Source of the DNA: Ginglymostoma cirratum
Lineage: Eukaryota
Reading direction: 5' to 3'
Assembly: GCA_024137785.1 (NCBI GenBank)
Contig: JAHRHZ010000035.1
Coordinates: 20,696,677-20,760,676, forward strand
DNA: 64,000 nucleotides
Part shown: piece by piece, positions 37,612 through 50,619 of the stretch
Position numbering within the stretch: position 1 is the stretch's first letter
Layout: each line of letters opens with the position of its first letter
Program-made: the position numbers and the translations under genes
Notes under the pieces: generated by a model
The model's database searches: none
What the model was told of the DNA's origin: nothing
What the model saw: the letters and a program-made list of their open reading frames with translations, nothing else

Positions 37612-38578
37612 TTTTTGTTTGTCATTTATATAAATTTAGATGAGAATATAGAAAGCAAGTAAGTTTGCAGATGATACCAGAATTGGTGGCATAGTGGACA
37701 GTGAAGAAGGTTACTTAAGATTACAAAGAGATCTTGATCAATTGGGTCAATTGGGTCAATGGGCTAAAGAGTAGCAGCTGGAGTTCAATCTGATTAAATG
37801 AGAGGTATTGCATTTTGGTAAAACAAACAAGAGCAGGACATATACAATTAAAAAAGTAGGGGCTTGGGTAATATTGTAGAACAGAGACCTTGGGGTTCAA
37901 GTACATAATTCTTTGAAGTTTACATCACACTAGATAGGGTGGTTAAGAAGGCATTTAGCACATTGTGTTCATTGCTCAGACCTTTGAGTATAAGAGTCGG
38001 GAAGGCACGTTGAGGTTGTACAGGGCACTGGCGAGGCCTCTTCTGGAGTACTGTCCAATATTGGTCTCTCTGTTAGAAGAAGGATATTATTAAACTGGAA
38101 ATGGTTCAGAAGAGATTTACAAGGATGTTGCCGGGAATGGAGGGTTTGGGTTAAATGGAGAGGCTAGATAAGCTGGAACCTTCTTCACTGGAGTATTGGA
38201 GTTTGACAGGTGACCTTATAGCAGTTTATATGGTCATGAGGGGTATTGATGAGGTGAAATGGCAGGTGTCTTTTCCCTAGGGTGGGGAATTTCAAGACCA
38301 GGGGGCATAAATTTCAGGTGAGAGGAGAAAGATTTTTTAAAAAAACCATCAGGGGCAATTTCTTCACACAAAATGGTTAGAGCGTGGAATGAACTTCCAG
38401 AGGAAGGGTGGATGCAGGTAGTTACAACATGTAAAACACACTAAGATAAGTACATGAATAAGAAATGTTTGGAGGGATATGGGCCAAGCACAGGCAGGTG
38501 TTTGGAATTTAGTTTAGGATTATGTTCGGCATGGACTGGTTGGACTGGAGGGCATGTTTCTGTGCTCTATGACTCTAA
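37612..38578 (+). mobile_element. 5'-truncated CR1 LINE
   Basis: aagtttgcagatgatacc (KFADDT) through to 3' end gctctatgactctaa. Confidence 0.9.
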
Positions 38579-38919
38579 CTTAAAATTGACAACATCGAAG
38601 GAAACTGATTGGTATTGAATTATTGGTCGAGACTTTAGTTTCTATCTCTTTCCTCCCTTACTCCCAAAATTCTTTCCCTCAAATTATTTTGATTTATTTA
38701 CATGATTTAGCACTGAACTAAGTATCATAATTTGTACTTTTTGGTTTGCTCTGTAAGCCTCAGTAAAGATCCTTCAATCGGATTGGTTACAGCAATGCAA
38801 CATTTCTAGAAGGCTGCAGCCTTCAGAACTCAACATCGAATTAAATCATTAAGGCCTGAACATCACATTCCATGTGCTATACCCACCCCAAACTCCCTGG
38901 CCCTGTCATGATATGGACT

Positions 38920-39255
38920 GTTTTCATCACAGCCAACCAATTTTTACCAACTCATTGTCACCATTATCTGCTTTTCTCCTTCCCTGCCTTGTTATCAGCC
39001 ATCTCTTTGCCTACTTAACTGTCTCTCTCTTTCTCTAGGTTTCATCTCCACCTATGCATTCACTCCTTTCCTTCTCCCACCCTCAACCCACTGTTATCAG
39101 CATAAATTTTCCTAGCTACCATCACCCCTGAGGAAAGGTAATGGACTTGAAATGTTAACTCTACTTTCTCTCTACATCTGCCAGATCTGCTGAGTTTCTC
39201 CAGCAATTCCTGTCTGTGTTTCAGAGTTTCAGCATCTGCAGTTCTTCGATTTATA
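38920..39255 (+). mobile_element. Degraded Penelope family B 3' region/pLTR
   Basis: ctgaggaaaggtaatggacttgaaatgttaactct (decayed hammerhead), then ctgccagatctgctgagtttctccagcaatt..cagcatctgcagttctt. Confidence 0.7.
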
Positions 39256-40339
39256 TTCCTGGTATTTCTCCTGTTCATACAGTCTCTAGGTACCCCAGAA
39301 GGCATTGCCCTGTTTGACTCTCTAATGCTGCAGGTTCCAGCGCAAAGGCTCAAAGAAAGTTTGTGAGAAAGTACATTAATCTGCAGTTAACTGTAAAATC
39401 TAGTCAACGCACCGGGACTTGACTTTGCTTCATACTGCCACAAGTTTAGTGACACATACGAATGTATTAATTGCAGCAAGTCCTCACTTAAAGTTATGGT
39501 TGCATATCTTAAAGTCACAACTTTAAATGAAACAACTTTAAATGAATCACAGAGTCCCATAGAAATCCCCATTAAAACTGAAGTTAGGTTCCTCTGAATA
39601 TCTCTAGCTCGGCAAAACAATGGTTGAAGTACAGTACTACATATTCTGAACTGAAACAGTTTGTAAAATGAAGTAATCCACAAAATATAACAGAAACACT
39701 ATACAGTTAAGTGCTTCAGTACATTTCTAAGCAGAAAATAACTTTGAAGTTCTATTAAGTTGAAATGGTGCGCATCCTAAATGTCTACATTCATAAATTA
39801 AGTAAGCCTTCAAATTAAAATAAATTTTAAAAATAGGAGAAATACAAGATAAAAGTATGCATTATAAAGGCATGTTAAAATTATACTGACCTGATGAAGT
39901 TTTAATTGACTAGGCTCCATCTAGTGCCAGAAGCTGTTTGATGTAATTACAAGTCCAGAACTACCAGCACAAGCCAATTCCTGCCATTAGGTGGAGCCCC
40001 AGACTTCAGTGCAAGTTCAGAACAGGAGCTGGGAGTGTGGAGTGGACACTGCAGGCTTTAAAGGTAAGAACAGAGGGGTTTGGTTGCTGGTTTGATGGTA
40101 ATTGTGATGGTGATTGTTGTGGTGCAGGGGATGGGGCAGGAACCAGAGGAAGACCAAAGAGACTTAGGAATAAGTACGGAAGCACAGGGACAAGGTTTTG
40201 ACAGCAGGCAAGTGACAGAACAGAAAGTCTATGACAAACAACATTAAACAGCAAATGATAAAGTTAAACCAATATATTGTCACTATTTTGTTAATGAGGT
40301 TGAAGCCAAACAACATTTAAGAGTCAAATTTAAACAAGA

Positions 40340-40465
40340 ATTTATGAGGAACAGGAATAGGCCACTCGGTCTCCCAAGCCTGCTTTGCCATCCAATAAGA
40401 TTATAGCTGATGTAATGCAGCCACATTTTCACCAATCCCCTATAACCTTGCAACTTGTTGCTTAT
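40340..40465 (-). mobile_element. CR1 3' tail remnant
   Basis: ggaacaggaataggccactcggtctcccaagcctgctttgccatccaataagattatagctgat. Confidence 0.6.
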
Positions 40466-40904
40466 TAATTGAAAGGTGGCTAACAGGTCTGTTGTTTCCT
40501 GCGCTGTCTCCTTCACTTTGCAAATAAAAGAATAACTTTCACTACTTTCCGATCTAATGAAACACTGCCCAAATTTGGGAATTTCTGAAAATTAAAACCA
40601 ATGCACAACTATATCATTGGCCAGTTCTTTTAGGCTGAAGTCCATCAGGATCCATGAACTTGCCTGCTTATAACTCCAAGTGAACCACTTCTCTCGTGAT
40701 ATAATTTTCTTGATGTGTTCCTCCCTTCCATTTCTTGACTGACAGCCATTTCAGGATGATACTTGTACCTTCCATAAGCAGGTCTGTCCAATCAACAGGC
40801 CAAACAGCCAGAACATGACTAGCCAAGAATGTGCATGTGACACACCAGGTCTTGCCAAAGGCACTTGGAAACAAAGTGCTGTAAAGACGCTCATCCAATT
40901 AGAG

Positions 40905-41027
40905 ATAGTAAGAACTGCCAATGCTGGAGTCAGAGATAACACAGTGTGGAGCAGGAGGAACACAGCAGGGTCCTGACCGAAACGCCAGCTTTCCTGCTCC
41001 TCTGATGCTGCCTGGCCTGCTGTGTTC
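40905..41027. mobile_element. Collapsed Penelope family A fold-back with 13-bp TSD
   Basis: ggaacacagcagg ... cctgctgtgttcc inverted arms with the centre deleted; catccaattagag at 40892-40904 and 41028-41040. Confidence 0.78.
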
Positions 41028-41324
41028 CATCCAATTAGAGGCTGCTTTCTCCCTGCATTTGTTGTTGATGATCACCAAATATAGGAGACAAAGAGCTTGT
41101 CATTGATACACAAACAGCAAACACTGTACAGGTGGGTGGCTTCTCTTTAGCTGACATTCTCTCTCCACACATGGTGAGAGGAGGGAAGGACTCATGTGTG
41201 GGTGGGTGGATGAGTGGAGAGGGTTCAAGTATGGGAAGAGAGCAAGGGCAGGGGGCAGCAAACATGGAAGGACAGAATGGGGCATGTGCAAGTGAGGGCA
41301 TGAATGTGAGTATGTCAGAGAGGA

Positions 41325-41555
41325 AGATCATAAGATACAAGGAGAATTAGGCCATTTGGCCCAACAGTCTGCTCTGCTATTCAATCACGATTGATACATT
41401 TCTCAATGCCATTTTTCTGCTTTCTCCCCATAACTTTTGATTCCTTGACTAATCAAGAACCTATCTTTTTCTATATTAATTTGACTCAATGACTTGGCTG
41501 CCACAGCCCTCTGTGATAATAGGTTCCACAGGTTCACCACCATTTGTCTCTGGAA
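41325..41555 (-). mobile_element. CR1 3' tail
   Basis: Minus ORF VVNLWNLLSQRAVAAKSLSQINIEKDRFLISQGIKSYGEKAEKWH is the CR1 ORF2 C-terminus. Confidence 0.82.
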
Positions 41556-41574
41556 GGTAGAACATTGGTGTGGG

Positions 41575-41700
41575 CGTGAGTGCAAGGGGGCAAGGAACAG
41601 AGCGGGGGGGGGGGGGGGGGGGGGCGAGGGACAGAGCGCAAGGGAGGGCAAGGGACAGAGTGTGAAGGGAGCAAGGGGGGTGAGGGGAAGAGAGACAGCA
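41575..41700 (+). repeat. G/purine-rich low-complexity tract with a long poly-G run
   Basis: About 20 consecutive G plus degenerate gcaagggg/gggacagag units. Confidence 0.8.
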
Positions 41701-43624
41701 TGAGGTTTGATAAATTATTTATTTTACTTTTCTTATACTTTTTATGAACTTTACCATCAATTTCTGTACTATTTTGAACCTTAGGAATATAACAGACCTA
41801 ACAATTTACCCTATATTCATCAAAATAGCTAGCTTCTCCCCCTGCAGGTGATCAGGGACCAATTTCTACAGGGCACAGAAGTTAGTAAAAGCAAAAGGAG
41901 CACCTCATTCCGATCTTCCCCAATTCCCAACACTCCGCCTAAAGTCACACTGAGATGCTCTATGTACATGCTGAGTTAACTCAGCTCCAGGTACAGAAAC
42001 AAACAGTTTAAGATGTTTTCCTGAATTCACTAACTTCAGCTTGTATATTCCTGCTTAAGCCTAGAAACACTTTACAATTAATACTAAAGTTCAGTTAAAC
42101 ATTAAATTAAAATATAAAATATCAACAAAATTTCTAGAAATTAAAACTTTTAGAAATAGATTAAGACACCCCTCACACATCCAATTCCTAGCGTTCTGTT
42201 CAAAGTTGCACTCAGCTTCACATTAGTGTAAGACTGACTTCTCAGCAAATATTAGTCACCCGAAGTGTGAACTGGGGAAGGTGACAGAGCTTTCTTTAAA
42301 ACTAGAAGAGATGTGATTGTCCAAAACAGCCATGTTTTGAAGGCACAGAGATGGCTAATAGTGCCAGCTGCTAGAAGTCCGGGTGAAAGTGCGTACAACA
42401 CTTTGAAACATTGTTAACAAGAATAGAATTTTTGAAGCCAGCACAATGATAACATCGTCACACCACCAGGATCAAAAACGCAACACAGAAACAACTGTAA
42501 TTAGGAGGCCACACTGCTCTATCTCAACTGACCTTCATGCTTAGGGTTTCACTTAAAGCAGCTCACCTTGGGAAATGAAGGATTGTTAGCTGGACTGCAC
42601 AAGTAAATCCCTTGGAAAAACTTAGCCAATGATAGCACTATAAGCAAACTAGAATCCTCACTCCGAAGATTGTGTAAATGTATTGGGAAAAACACTGTAT
42701 CTTAGGCAGCATTAAAAACTATTACACTAAACCTTTCCCACTTCTTTAGGATTTATGACTGATCTATTTTCTTGACACATTCTGGCATTACATTGCTATT
42801 CTCTGACAACAGCTGGTTGTCTAGCTGTAGGAATCAGCAGGTTTGCCAGCTATCCTTTTATCACAAGTTCATCAATGTGCATTCAGTCCAGACTAAACTG
42901 GAAAAGCAATCTACCCATATTAAATGAACCATCTGGATCAAATTCGAAGAGAGTAGAAATGTACGAAAAAAGGTTGGAACTTTCAACGTAAATAATAAAA
43001 CAGCAAAATTTTTAACTGGCCACACGGTTGGAATGGAAGTGGATGGGCTTTCAATTTTCCACCACCTGTCAATGTGCCAGGGTTTTCTACCTCTAGGCTA
43101 TTTTGGAAATATCAGTTCGGGAAAGAAAATGTAAATGGCTTCCTCCACATAAGCAACATGTTGCCAATAAGGAATCATTGAGGACTTATGAAAACCAATC
43201 TCCAGTGCCATCGGAAAAATTAATCAGGAGATAGGAACTCCCATTCACCCACTGGTTAAATGCACAGCCCCAAAATGGAGGCAAACTCCAACGTGCAAAC
43301 TAATAAAAGCAGGCCAGTTCTCCATCAATTGTTTTTGACATTCCATCCCATGGTCATGACCACAACTGTTTATAGTTACAACTACAGCCATCTTGCGGAG
43401 GGATTCCTACAGTACAACAGCACTTGAAAATACTTCATCGGCTGTAAAATGCTTGAGATGTGTGGTGTCAGTGTAAAGCACTGTACAAATTCATGTTCAT
43501 TCTTTCTTTCTAACACTTTGGCAGCTGTGGCCAGATTCATTCTAACCTTTCTCAAAGGCCTTTACTATAGTCATGGAGAGGGTATGGGAAAGTATTTTAT
43601 TGGGGGAGGGGGGATTACAATGCT

Positions 43625-45012
43625 ATTAGGCAAGAACTATGGAGCACCAATTGGGGTCAGATGTTCTCAGGGAAATGCACCACAGAATTGTGGAGGTTGT
43701 TTAGGGAGCAGTTGCTACAGGTACTGGATAGGTTTGTTCCACTGAGGCAAGGAGAAGATGGTATGGTGAAGGAACCTTGGATGACAAAACATGTGGAACA
43801 TCTAGTCAAGAGGAAGAAGGAAGCTTACTTAAGGTTGAGGAAGCAAGGATCGGACAGGGCTGTAGAGGTCTACAAGGTAGCCAGCAAGGAACTAAAGAAT
43901 GGACTTAGGAGAGTTAGAAAGGGGTATGAGAAAACCTTGGTGGGTAGGATCAAGGAAATCCCCAATATATTTTTATACTTATACTTTCTATACTTATGTG
44001 AGGAACATGAGGATGGCCAGACTGAAGGTGGGGGCAAACAGGGACAGAGGGAACTTGTGTACGGAGTCAGAGGCGTTAGGGGAGGTCCTTAATGAATACT
44101 TTGCTTCAGTATTCACCTGTGAGAGGGACCTTGACGTTTGTGAGGACAGCATGAAATGGGCAGATACGCTCGAACAGGTTTATGTTAGGGAGGAGGATGT
44201 GCTAGGAATTTTGAAAAACATGAGGATAGATAAGTCCCCTGGGACAAACGGGATATATACAAGGTTACTACGTGAAGTGAGGGAAGAGATTGCTGCCCCT
44301 TTGGCAATGATCTTTGCATCCTCACTGTCCACTGGAGTAGTACCAGATGATTGGAGGGTGGCGAATGTCATTCCCTTGTGCAAGAAAGGGAACAGGGATA
44401 ATCCTGGAAATTACAGACCAGTCAGTCTTACTTCTGTGGTGGGAAAATTATTGGAGAGGATTCTGAGAGATAGAATTTATGATTATTTGGAAAAGCACAG
44501 TTTGATTAGAAATAGTCAGCATGGCTTTGAGAGGGGCAGGTCATGCCTCACAAGCCTTATTGAATTCTTTGAGGATGTGACAAAACACATCAATGAAGAT
44601 AGAGCAGTGGATGTGGTGTATATGGGTTTTAGCAAGGCATTCGATAAGGTTCCACACGGTAGGTTCATTCAGAAAGTAAGGAGGCATGGGATTCAGGGAA
44701 ATTTGGCTGTCTGGATACAAAACTGGCTGTCCAATAGAAGACAGAGGTTGGTAGTAGATGGAAAGTACTCAGCCTGGAGCTCGGTGACCAGTGGTGTTCC
44801 GCAGGGATCTGCTCTGGGACCTCTGCTCTTTGTAATCTTTATAAATGACTTGGATGAGGAAGTGGATGGGTGTGTTAACAAGGTTGCCGATGACACGAAG
44901 GTTGGAGGAGTTTTGGACAGCATCGGAGGGCTGTTGTAGGTTGTAATGGGGCATTGACAGGATGCAGAGCTGGGCAAAGAAGTGGCAGATGGAATTCAAC
45001 GCAGAAAAGCGT
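43625..45012 (+). mobile_element. CR1 LINE ORF2 internal fragment with a long open RT frame
   Basis: ORF 43899-44939: [68 protein letters not shown]. Confidence 0.95.
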
Positions 45013-45019
45013 GAAGAAT

Positions 45020-45242
45020 CATGAATTTATGGAATTCACTACCCCAAAGTGTGGTGGATCTGTGATATTCAGTAATTTTGAGGAGCAGATAGACAGATTT
45101 TTAATTAGTAATGGGTTGAAGGCTTATGCAGAGCAGACAGGAAAAGAAAGTTGAGGCCAAGATGAAATCAACCATGAATGCATCAAATGGCACAGCAGTT
45201 TCAAGGGGCTGAATTGCCTATTCCTGCTCCTAGTCCTTATAT
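45020..45242 (+). mobile_element. CR1 3' tail of a different subfamily, abutting the RT fragment
   Basis: tggaattcactacccca..gatagacagatttttaattagtaa..ggctgaattgcctattcctgctcct end type, unlike the ctatgactct tails. Confidence 0.7.
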
Positions 45243-46084
45243 TGTAACATTGCATGCTTTTGTTTTAGTAAAGATCACAATGGTAAAACAAAAAGTTATG
45301 ATCTAGCTGGTCAGGTTCCTGTTCAGAATCTGACTTGTCCGACATTAACACCAACCAGACATTCCCCCAAAACTATTGGAATGACAAGATCATAACTGGT
45401 TAAGTTAGCTAATTTAAAATACTAAAAAGAAATCAATAGGCTTCAAGAAACCAAAGGAAAAGATCCTACAAGTCTTAGGATCTATGGGAGAGTTAGACTG
45501 TTACGTATTGAACTTCTTTATCATATCATATCATATCTCATCTCAAGAGGTAGAATGTTAAGCATTAATTTTTCTTGTCCAATAATCTTTGTTAGCTTAC
45601 CCTCTACATTAGTAATTGTCCATTGTTCCAATATGATAATTCCCTCAAAAAGATTTACACCTTTGAGTTAATATTAAGTCCAAAAATCCACATTAATAAC
45701 ATTAAACCCAAAAGAATCCCAACATTCCCAATGCCAAAACTAAAATCAAGACTAATCTCTTTAGACAAAGTCACAAGGACCTCAAAATGGGTTTATTTCA
45801 ATATCTTAGTCAAATGCGTTCAGAAAGGGATCCTAGACCACATACAACTTTGGGGAAAAGGCAGCTGACTTAACAATTTTCTAATTCATCTAATAACTAA
45901 ATATCATAGAATCCATGAGTAGAAAATTACCGTTTTATTAAGAAGCTTTGTGCTTTAAATCAAACGCTTTGTTTCAATTCAAATTATCACTTGCGTGAAG
46001 TAAATGCAACAAGAATATTAACTTGCAAGTGGATGACATCTATAATTACTCAGATTCAAGACAGCATTTGAAAGCATTGGAGAT

Positions 46085-46432
46085 AAATAGTAGTGCATTC
46101 GTAAAATCCAGACTAATGCTCTGGGGACACGGATTCAAAGCCCAGCACAGCAACTGGTGGAATTTTAATTCAGCCAAATAAATCTGAAATACAAAGCGAG
46201 TTTCAGGAATGGTAACAGCAAATTTGGAAACCAGTCTGGTTCACAAATGTTCTTTAGGGAAGGAATCTGCTGTTCTTACCCACTCCCAGCCTACATGTGC
46301 CTCTAGACCCACAACATGGTTGATTCTCAACACCCTCCGAAATGGTGTAGCAAGTCACTCAGTTCAAGGGCAGTTTGGGATGGCAACCAGGGTTGGCCTT
46401 GCTAGTGATGCCCATATCCCATCAAAGAACAT
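46085..46432 (+). mobile_element. Older copy of the tRNA-SINE at 10696
   Basis: ggattcaaagccc B-box-like, ggtggaattt, tctttagggaaggaatctgc, tail gggcagtttgggatggc..gatgcccatatccca. Confidence 0.78.
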
Positions 46433-46547
46433 AGAAAACAACGTGTCAAAATACTTCAGCGATTTTCATGTAGATCAAAAGGTGCAACCCAACAATACTT
46501 ATGATAATTTTGCTAACTTTTAACCCCTACACATTATATTTATCAAT

Positions 46548-46745
46548 GTGGAGGTGTGGTGTTGGACTGGGGTGGACAAAGTCAAAAATCACACAACACC
46601 AGGTTATGGTCCAACAGGTTTATTTGAAGACACAAGCTTTCAGAGTCTCTCTCCTTCTTCAGGTGAAGGACTGAGACTCCAGAAGTTTGTCTCTTCAAAT
46701 AAAACTGTTTGACTATAACCTGGTGTTGTGCGATTTTTGACCTTG
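46548..46745. mobile_element. Penelope-derived fold-back element (family D)
   Basis: Inverted arms gtcaaaaatcacacaacaccaggttat..caaacag/tttatttgaaga vs tcttcaaataaa..ataacctggtgttgtgcgatttttgac. Confidence 0.8.
46631..46665 (-). ncRNA. Hammerhead ribozyme motif (family D)
   Basis: Minus strand cac-CTGAAGA-A-GGAG(agaga)CTCT-GAAAG-CTT-gtg: stem I cac/gtg, palindromic AAGCUU stem III. Confidence 0.65.
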
Positions 46746-46984
46746 ATAAATATACACACATTCTAAAAAAATGTTTTGCACTTTGCCAGAAGTTCCAGAT
46801 TATTTTTTGATTTGTTCTGTTAGTCAAGGAAGTTTTAAAGTCTAGATCAAATAAGGATATCCCCTATGTTTTTAAACATCTGTAATTTTCAGTCTCAGTG
46901 TATTGCAAACTGCTACATAACAAATTGAGTAGTCACACTTGGAATGTAAAGAAATGTGACTCTCAATTTATCCAAGGCATAGCC

Positions 46985-47296
46985 ACATAATAGGAATGAC
47001 TGAATGACCAGATTATCTGTTCTAGTGATATTATCAGAGAGATAAATGTGGTCAGGGAAACAGGAAAACTTCCCTGCTCATTTTAAATGGTGCCATTCAA
47101 AGCTTTTATGACCATGTGAAAACAAAAACGGGGCTTCAATTTAAAACTTCATTTGAAAAGCTACATCTCTGCCAATCCAGCTGTCCTTTCGTGCTACAGT
47201 GAAGACTCAACATAAATTGTGAGCACATCCCTCAGACAGGGCTTAATTGCACACTTTATGGCTCAGATAACAGTATTAACACTGAGCCAAGGCTGT
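46985..47296 (-). mobile_element. Deu-domain SINE relic
   Basis: cactgagccaaggctg (A-box head on minus); ttcaatttaaaacttcatttgaaaag..catctctgccaat resembles the reverse-complement Deu core. Confidence 0.55.
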
Positions 47297-47489
47297 AGCA
47301 ACAAAGTAGATGAAGATTTTTGCTTAAACTTTAAACATTTCCAAAGAACAACAAGTTGCACTTTTTCACAGCTAGAAATACAACATTAAATACTTTCTCT
47401 TCTAGGATTCCAATTACTGTAGGCATGTCAGAAACAGAAGCAGTATTGGGCCATTTCACGCTTCCAGCTTGTTCTCCCACTCAATGGGT

Positions 47490-47700
47490 GCCAGTAGCTC
47501 AGACGGCTAGACAGTAGGTTTACAGAGCAAAGTAATGCAAGTACCATGGGTTTAATTCCTGCATTGGCTGAGGTTGCCATGAAGGACTCTCCTTCTCAAC
47601 CTCTTCCCTTACCTGAGGCATGGTGACCCTCAAGTTAAACCACCAGTCATTTCTTGTTAATGAGAGACTAGCCCTATGGTTCAGAAGGACTACTTTACCT
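47490..47700 (+). mobile_element. tRNA-derived SINE (second family) nested in a CR1 tail
   Basis: tagctcagacggctag A box, gggtttaattcc B box; homologous to 19085-19290; CR1 tail pieces on both sides (47430-47485, 47705-47770). Confidence 0.68.
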
Positions 47701-47775
47701 TTTATTATTCAGTAAGATCATATCTGATCTACTTCCTCAACTCACCTCCTGTGCGAACTCCATATCCTTCATAAT

Positions 47776-50600
47776 TTTTTTTATTATTCATTTTGTGCAA
47801 TGTAGGCATCGCTGGCAGGCCACCGTTTCTTACCCGTCCCTAGTTGCCCTTGAGAAGGCGGTGATTAGCTGCCTTCTTGAACTGCTGCAGTCCACCTGTT
47901 GTGGGTTAACCCACAGTGCCATTAGGGAGGGAATTCCAGGATTTTAACCAAGTGACAGCTAAGGAACAGTGATATATTTCCAAGTCAAGATGTGAATGGC
48001 TTGGAAGGGAACCTGAAGGTGGTGATGTTCCCATGTATCTACTGCCCTTGTCCTTCCAGATGGAACTGGTCATGGGTTTGGAAAGTGCTGTCTGATGATC
48101 TTTGAAGAATTTCTGCAGGGCATCTTGTGGATAGTGCACACTGCTGCTACTGAGCTTCGGGGGAAGAGAGAGTGGAGAGTTCATAGATGCAGTGCCAAAT
48201 CAAGCCAGCTGCTTTGTCCTGGATGGTGTCAAGCTTCTTGAGTGTTGTGGGGCTGCACCCATCCAGGCAAGTGGGTGTATTGCATCACACTCTTCACTTG
48301 TACTTTGTAGAGTTGACAGGCTTTCAGGAGTCAGGAGGTGTGTTACTCGCCACTGTATTGCTATTCTCTGACCTGCTCTTGTAGTCACTATGTTTATATG
48401 GAGTCCAGTTGAGTTTCTGATCAATGATAATTCCCAGGGCGTTGACAGTGTGAGATTCAGTGATGATAACACCATTCAAAGTCAAGGGCCAGTGGTTAAA
48501 TTGTCTCTTATTGGTGATGGTCATAGCATGGCATTTGTGCAGCGCGAATGTTACTTGCCACTTGTCAGTCCAAGCCTGGATATTGTCCAGATCTTGTTGC
48601 ATTTGGACACAGACTGCTTCAGTATCTGAGTCGTCACGAATGGTGCTGAACATTGTGCAATCATCGGCGAACATCCCCACTTCTGACCTTTTGACGGAGG
48701 GAAGGTCATTGATGAAGCAGCTGAAGATGGTTGAGCCGAGGACACTACCCTGAGAAACTTCTGCAGATGTGTCCCGGAGCACAGCTGACTGACGACCAAC
48801 AACCACGACCATCTTCCTACGTGTCAGGTACGACTCTAAACACCAGAGATGTTTGCCTCCGACACCCATTGATTCCAGTCTTGCTAGGGCTCCTTGATGC
48901 CACACTCAGTCGAAAGCAGTCTTGATGTCAAGGGCTGTCACTCTCACCTCACTTCTGGAACTTAGCTCTTTTGTCCATGTTTGAACCAAGGCTGTAATGA
49001 GGTCAAGGGCTGAACAGCCTTAGCGGAACCCAAACTGGGCATCACTGAGCAGGCGCTGCTTGATAGCACTGCTGATGACACCTTTCATCACTTCACTAAT
49101 GAAGAGGAGTAGACTGATGGGGAGGTAATTGGCCAGATTGGATCTGTCCTGCTTTTTATGTAGAGAACATGCTTGGGCAATTTTCCACATTATCGGGTAG
49201 ATGTCAGTGTTGTAACTGTACTTGGCTTGGCTAGGCTAGGGGAGCAGCAAGTTTTGGAGCACAAGTCTTCAGTACTATTGCCGGAATGTTGTCAGGGCCT
49301 GTAGCCTTTGCCATATCCAGCTGTTTCTTAATATCACATCGAGTGAATCGAATTAGCTGAAGACTGCTATCTGTAATGCCTTCGTCAGTGGTCCACAGCA
49401 GAGATGGATCATCCACTCAGCACTTCTGGCTGAAGACTGCTGCAAAAGCTTCAGCCTTACCTTTTGCACTGATATCCTGCGCTCTTCCATCATTGAGGAT
49501 GGGGATATTTGTGGAGCTTCCTCCTCCAGTCAGCTGTTTAATCATCCACCACCATTCATGACTGGAAGTGGCAGGGCTGCACAGCTTACCTCTGTCTGTC
49601 ATTTGCTGCTTCTGCTGTTTGGAATGCAAGTTGTCCTGTTTGGTAGCTTCACCAGGTTGACACCCCATCTTCTGCCCTCCTGCACTCTCCACTGAACCAG
49701 GGTTGATCCCCTAGCTTGATGGTAATGGTTGAGTGGGGGAAATGCCAGGCCATAAGGTTACAGATTGTGCTACAATACAATTCTGCTGCTGTTGATGGCC
49801 CACAGTGCCTCATGGATGCCCAGTCCAGAGTTGCTACATCTGTTCGAAGTCTGTCCCCTTTAAAACAATGGTAGTGCCACACAACACGATGGAGATTATT
49901 CTCAATGTAAAGGTGGCACTTCGTCTCCACAAGGACTGTGAGGTGGTCACTGTTACTGATACTGTCATGGACAGATGCATTTGCAGTTGGCAGATTGTAA
50001 GGATGAGGTCAAGTATGCTTGTCCCTCTTGCCGGTCTCCTCACCGCTTGCCACAGACTCAGTCTAATAGCTATGTCCTTTAGGACCTGACCAGCTCGATC
50101 AGTAGTACTGCTGCCGAGCCACTCTTGGTGGTGGACATTGAAATCCCCCATCCAGAGTGCCCTTGCCATCCTCAGTGCTTCCTCTAAATGTTGTTCAACA
50201 TGGAGGAGAACCAATTCATCAGCTGAGGGAGGGCAGTACGTGGTAATCAGCAGGAGGTTTCCTTGCCCATGTTGAACCTGAAGCCAAGAGACTTCATGGA
50301 ATCCAGAGTCAACATTGAGGACTCCCAGGTCAACTCCCTCCCGACTATATACCACTGAACCGGCCACTATGCTGAATCTGTCCTGCCAGTGGGACAGGAC
50401 ATATCCAGGGATGGTGATGGTGGTGTCTAGGGCATTGTCTGTAAGGTATGACTCCGAGTGTGACAATGTCAGGCTGTTGCTTGACTAGTCCGTGAGACAG
50501 CTCTCCCAATTTTGGCACTAGCCCTCAGATGTTAGTGAGGGGGTCTTTGCAGGGTTGACAGGGCTGTTTCTGTTGTTGACTTTTCCGGTGTCTGGGTTGA
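47776..50600 (-). mobile_element. CR1/jockey-group LINE, near-complete ORF2 (APE endonuclease + RT), pseudogenised
   Basis: Endonuclease: SESYL..IPGYVL..DR..GSVVY, WMGDFNVHH, ILDLILT (49834-50466). RT: KATGPDNIP, SQGSVLG..FINDLP..MFADDCT..DLDNIQAW..WQVTF (48324-48905). A-rich 3' end near 47776. Confidence 0.93.
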
Positions 50601-50619
50601 TGCAGATGCAAGAGGGAGA

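Noticed and set aside
43899-44939. 346-aa ORF as a host gene
   Set aside because: It is a CR1 reverse-transcriptase fragment, truncated at both ends.
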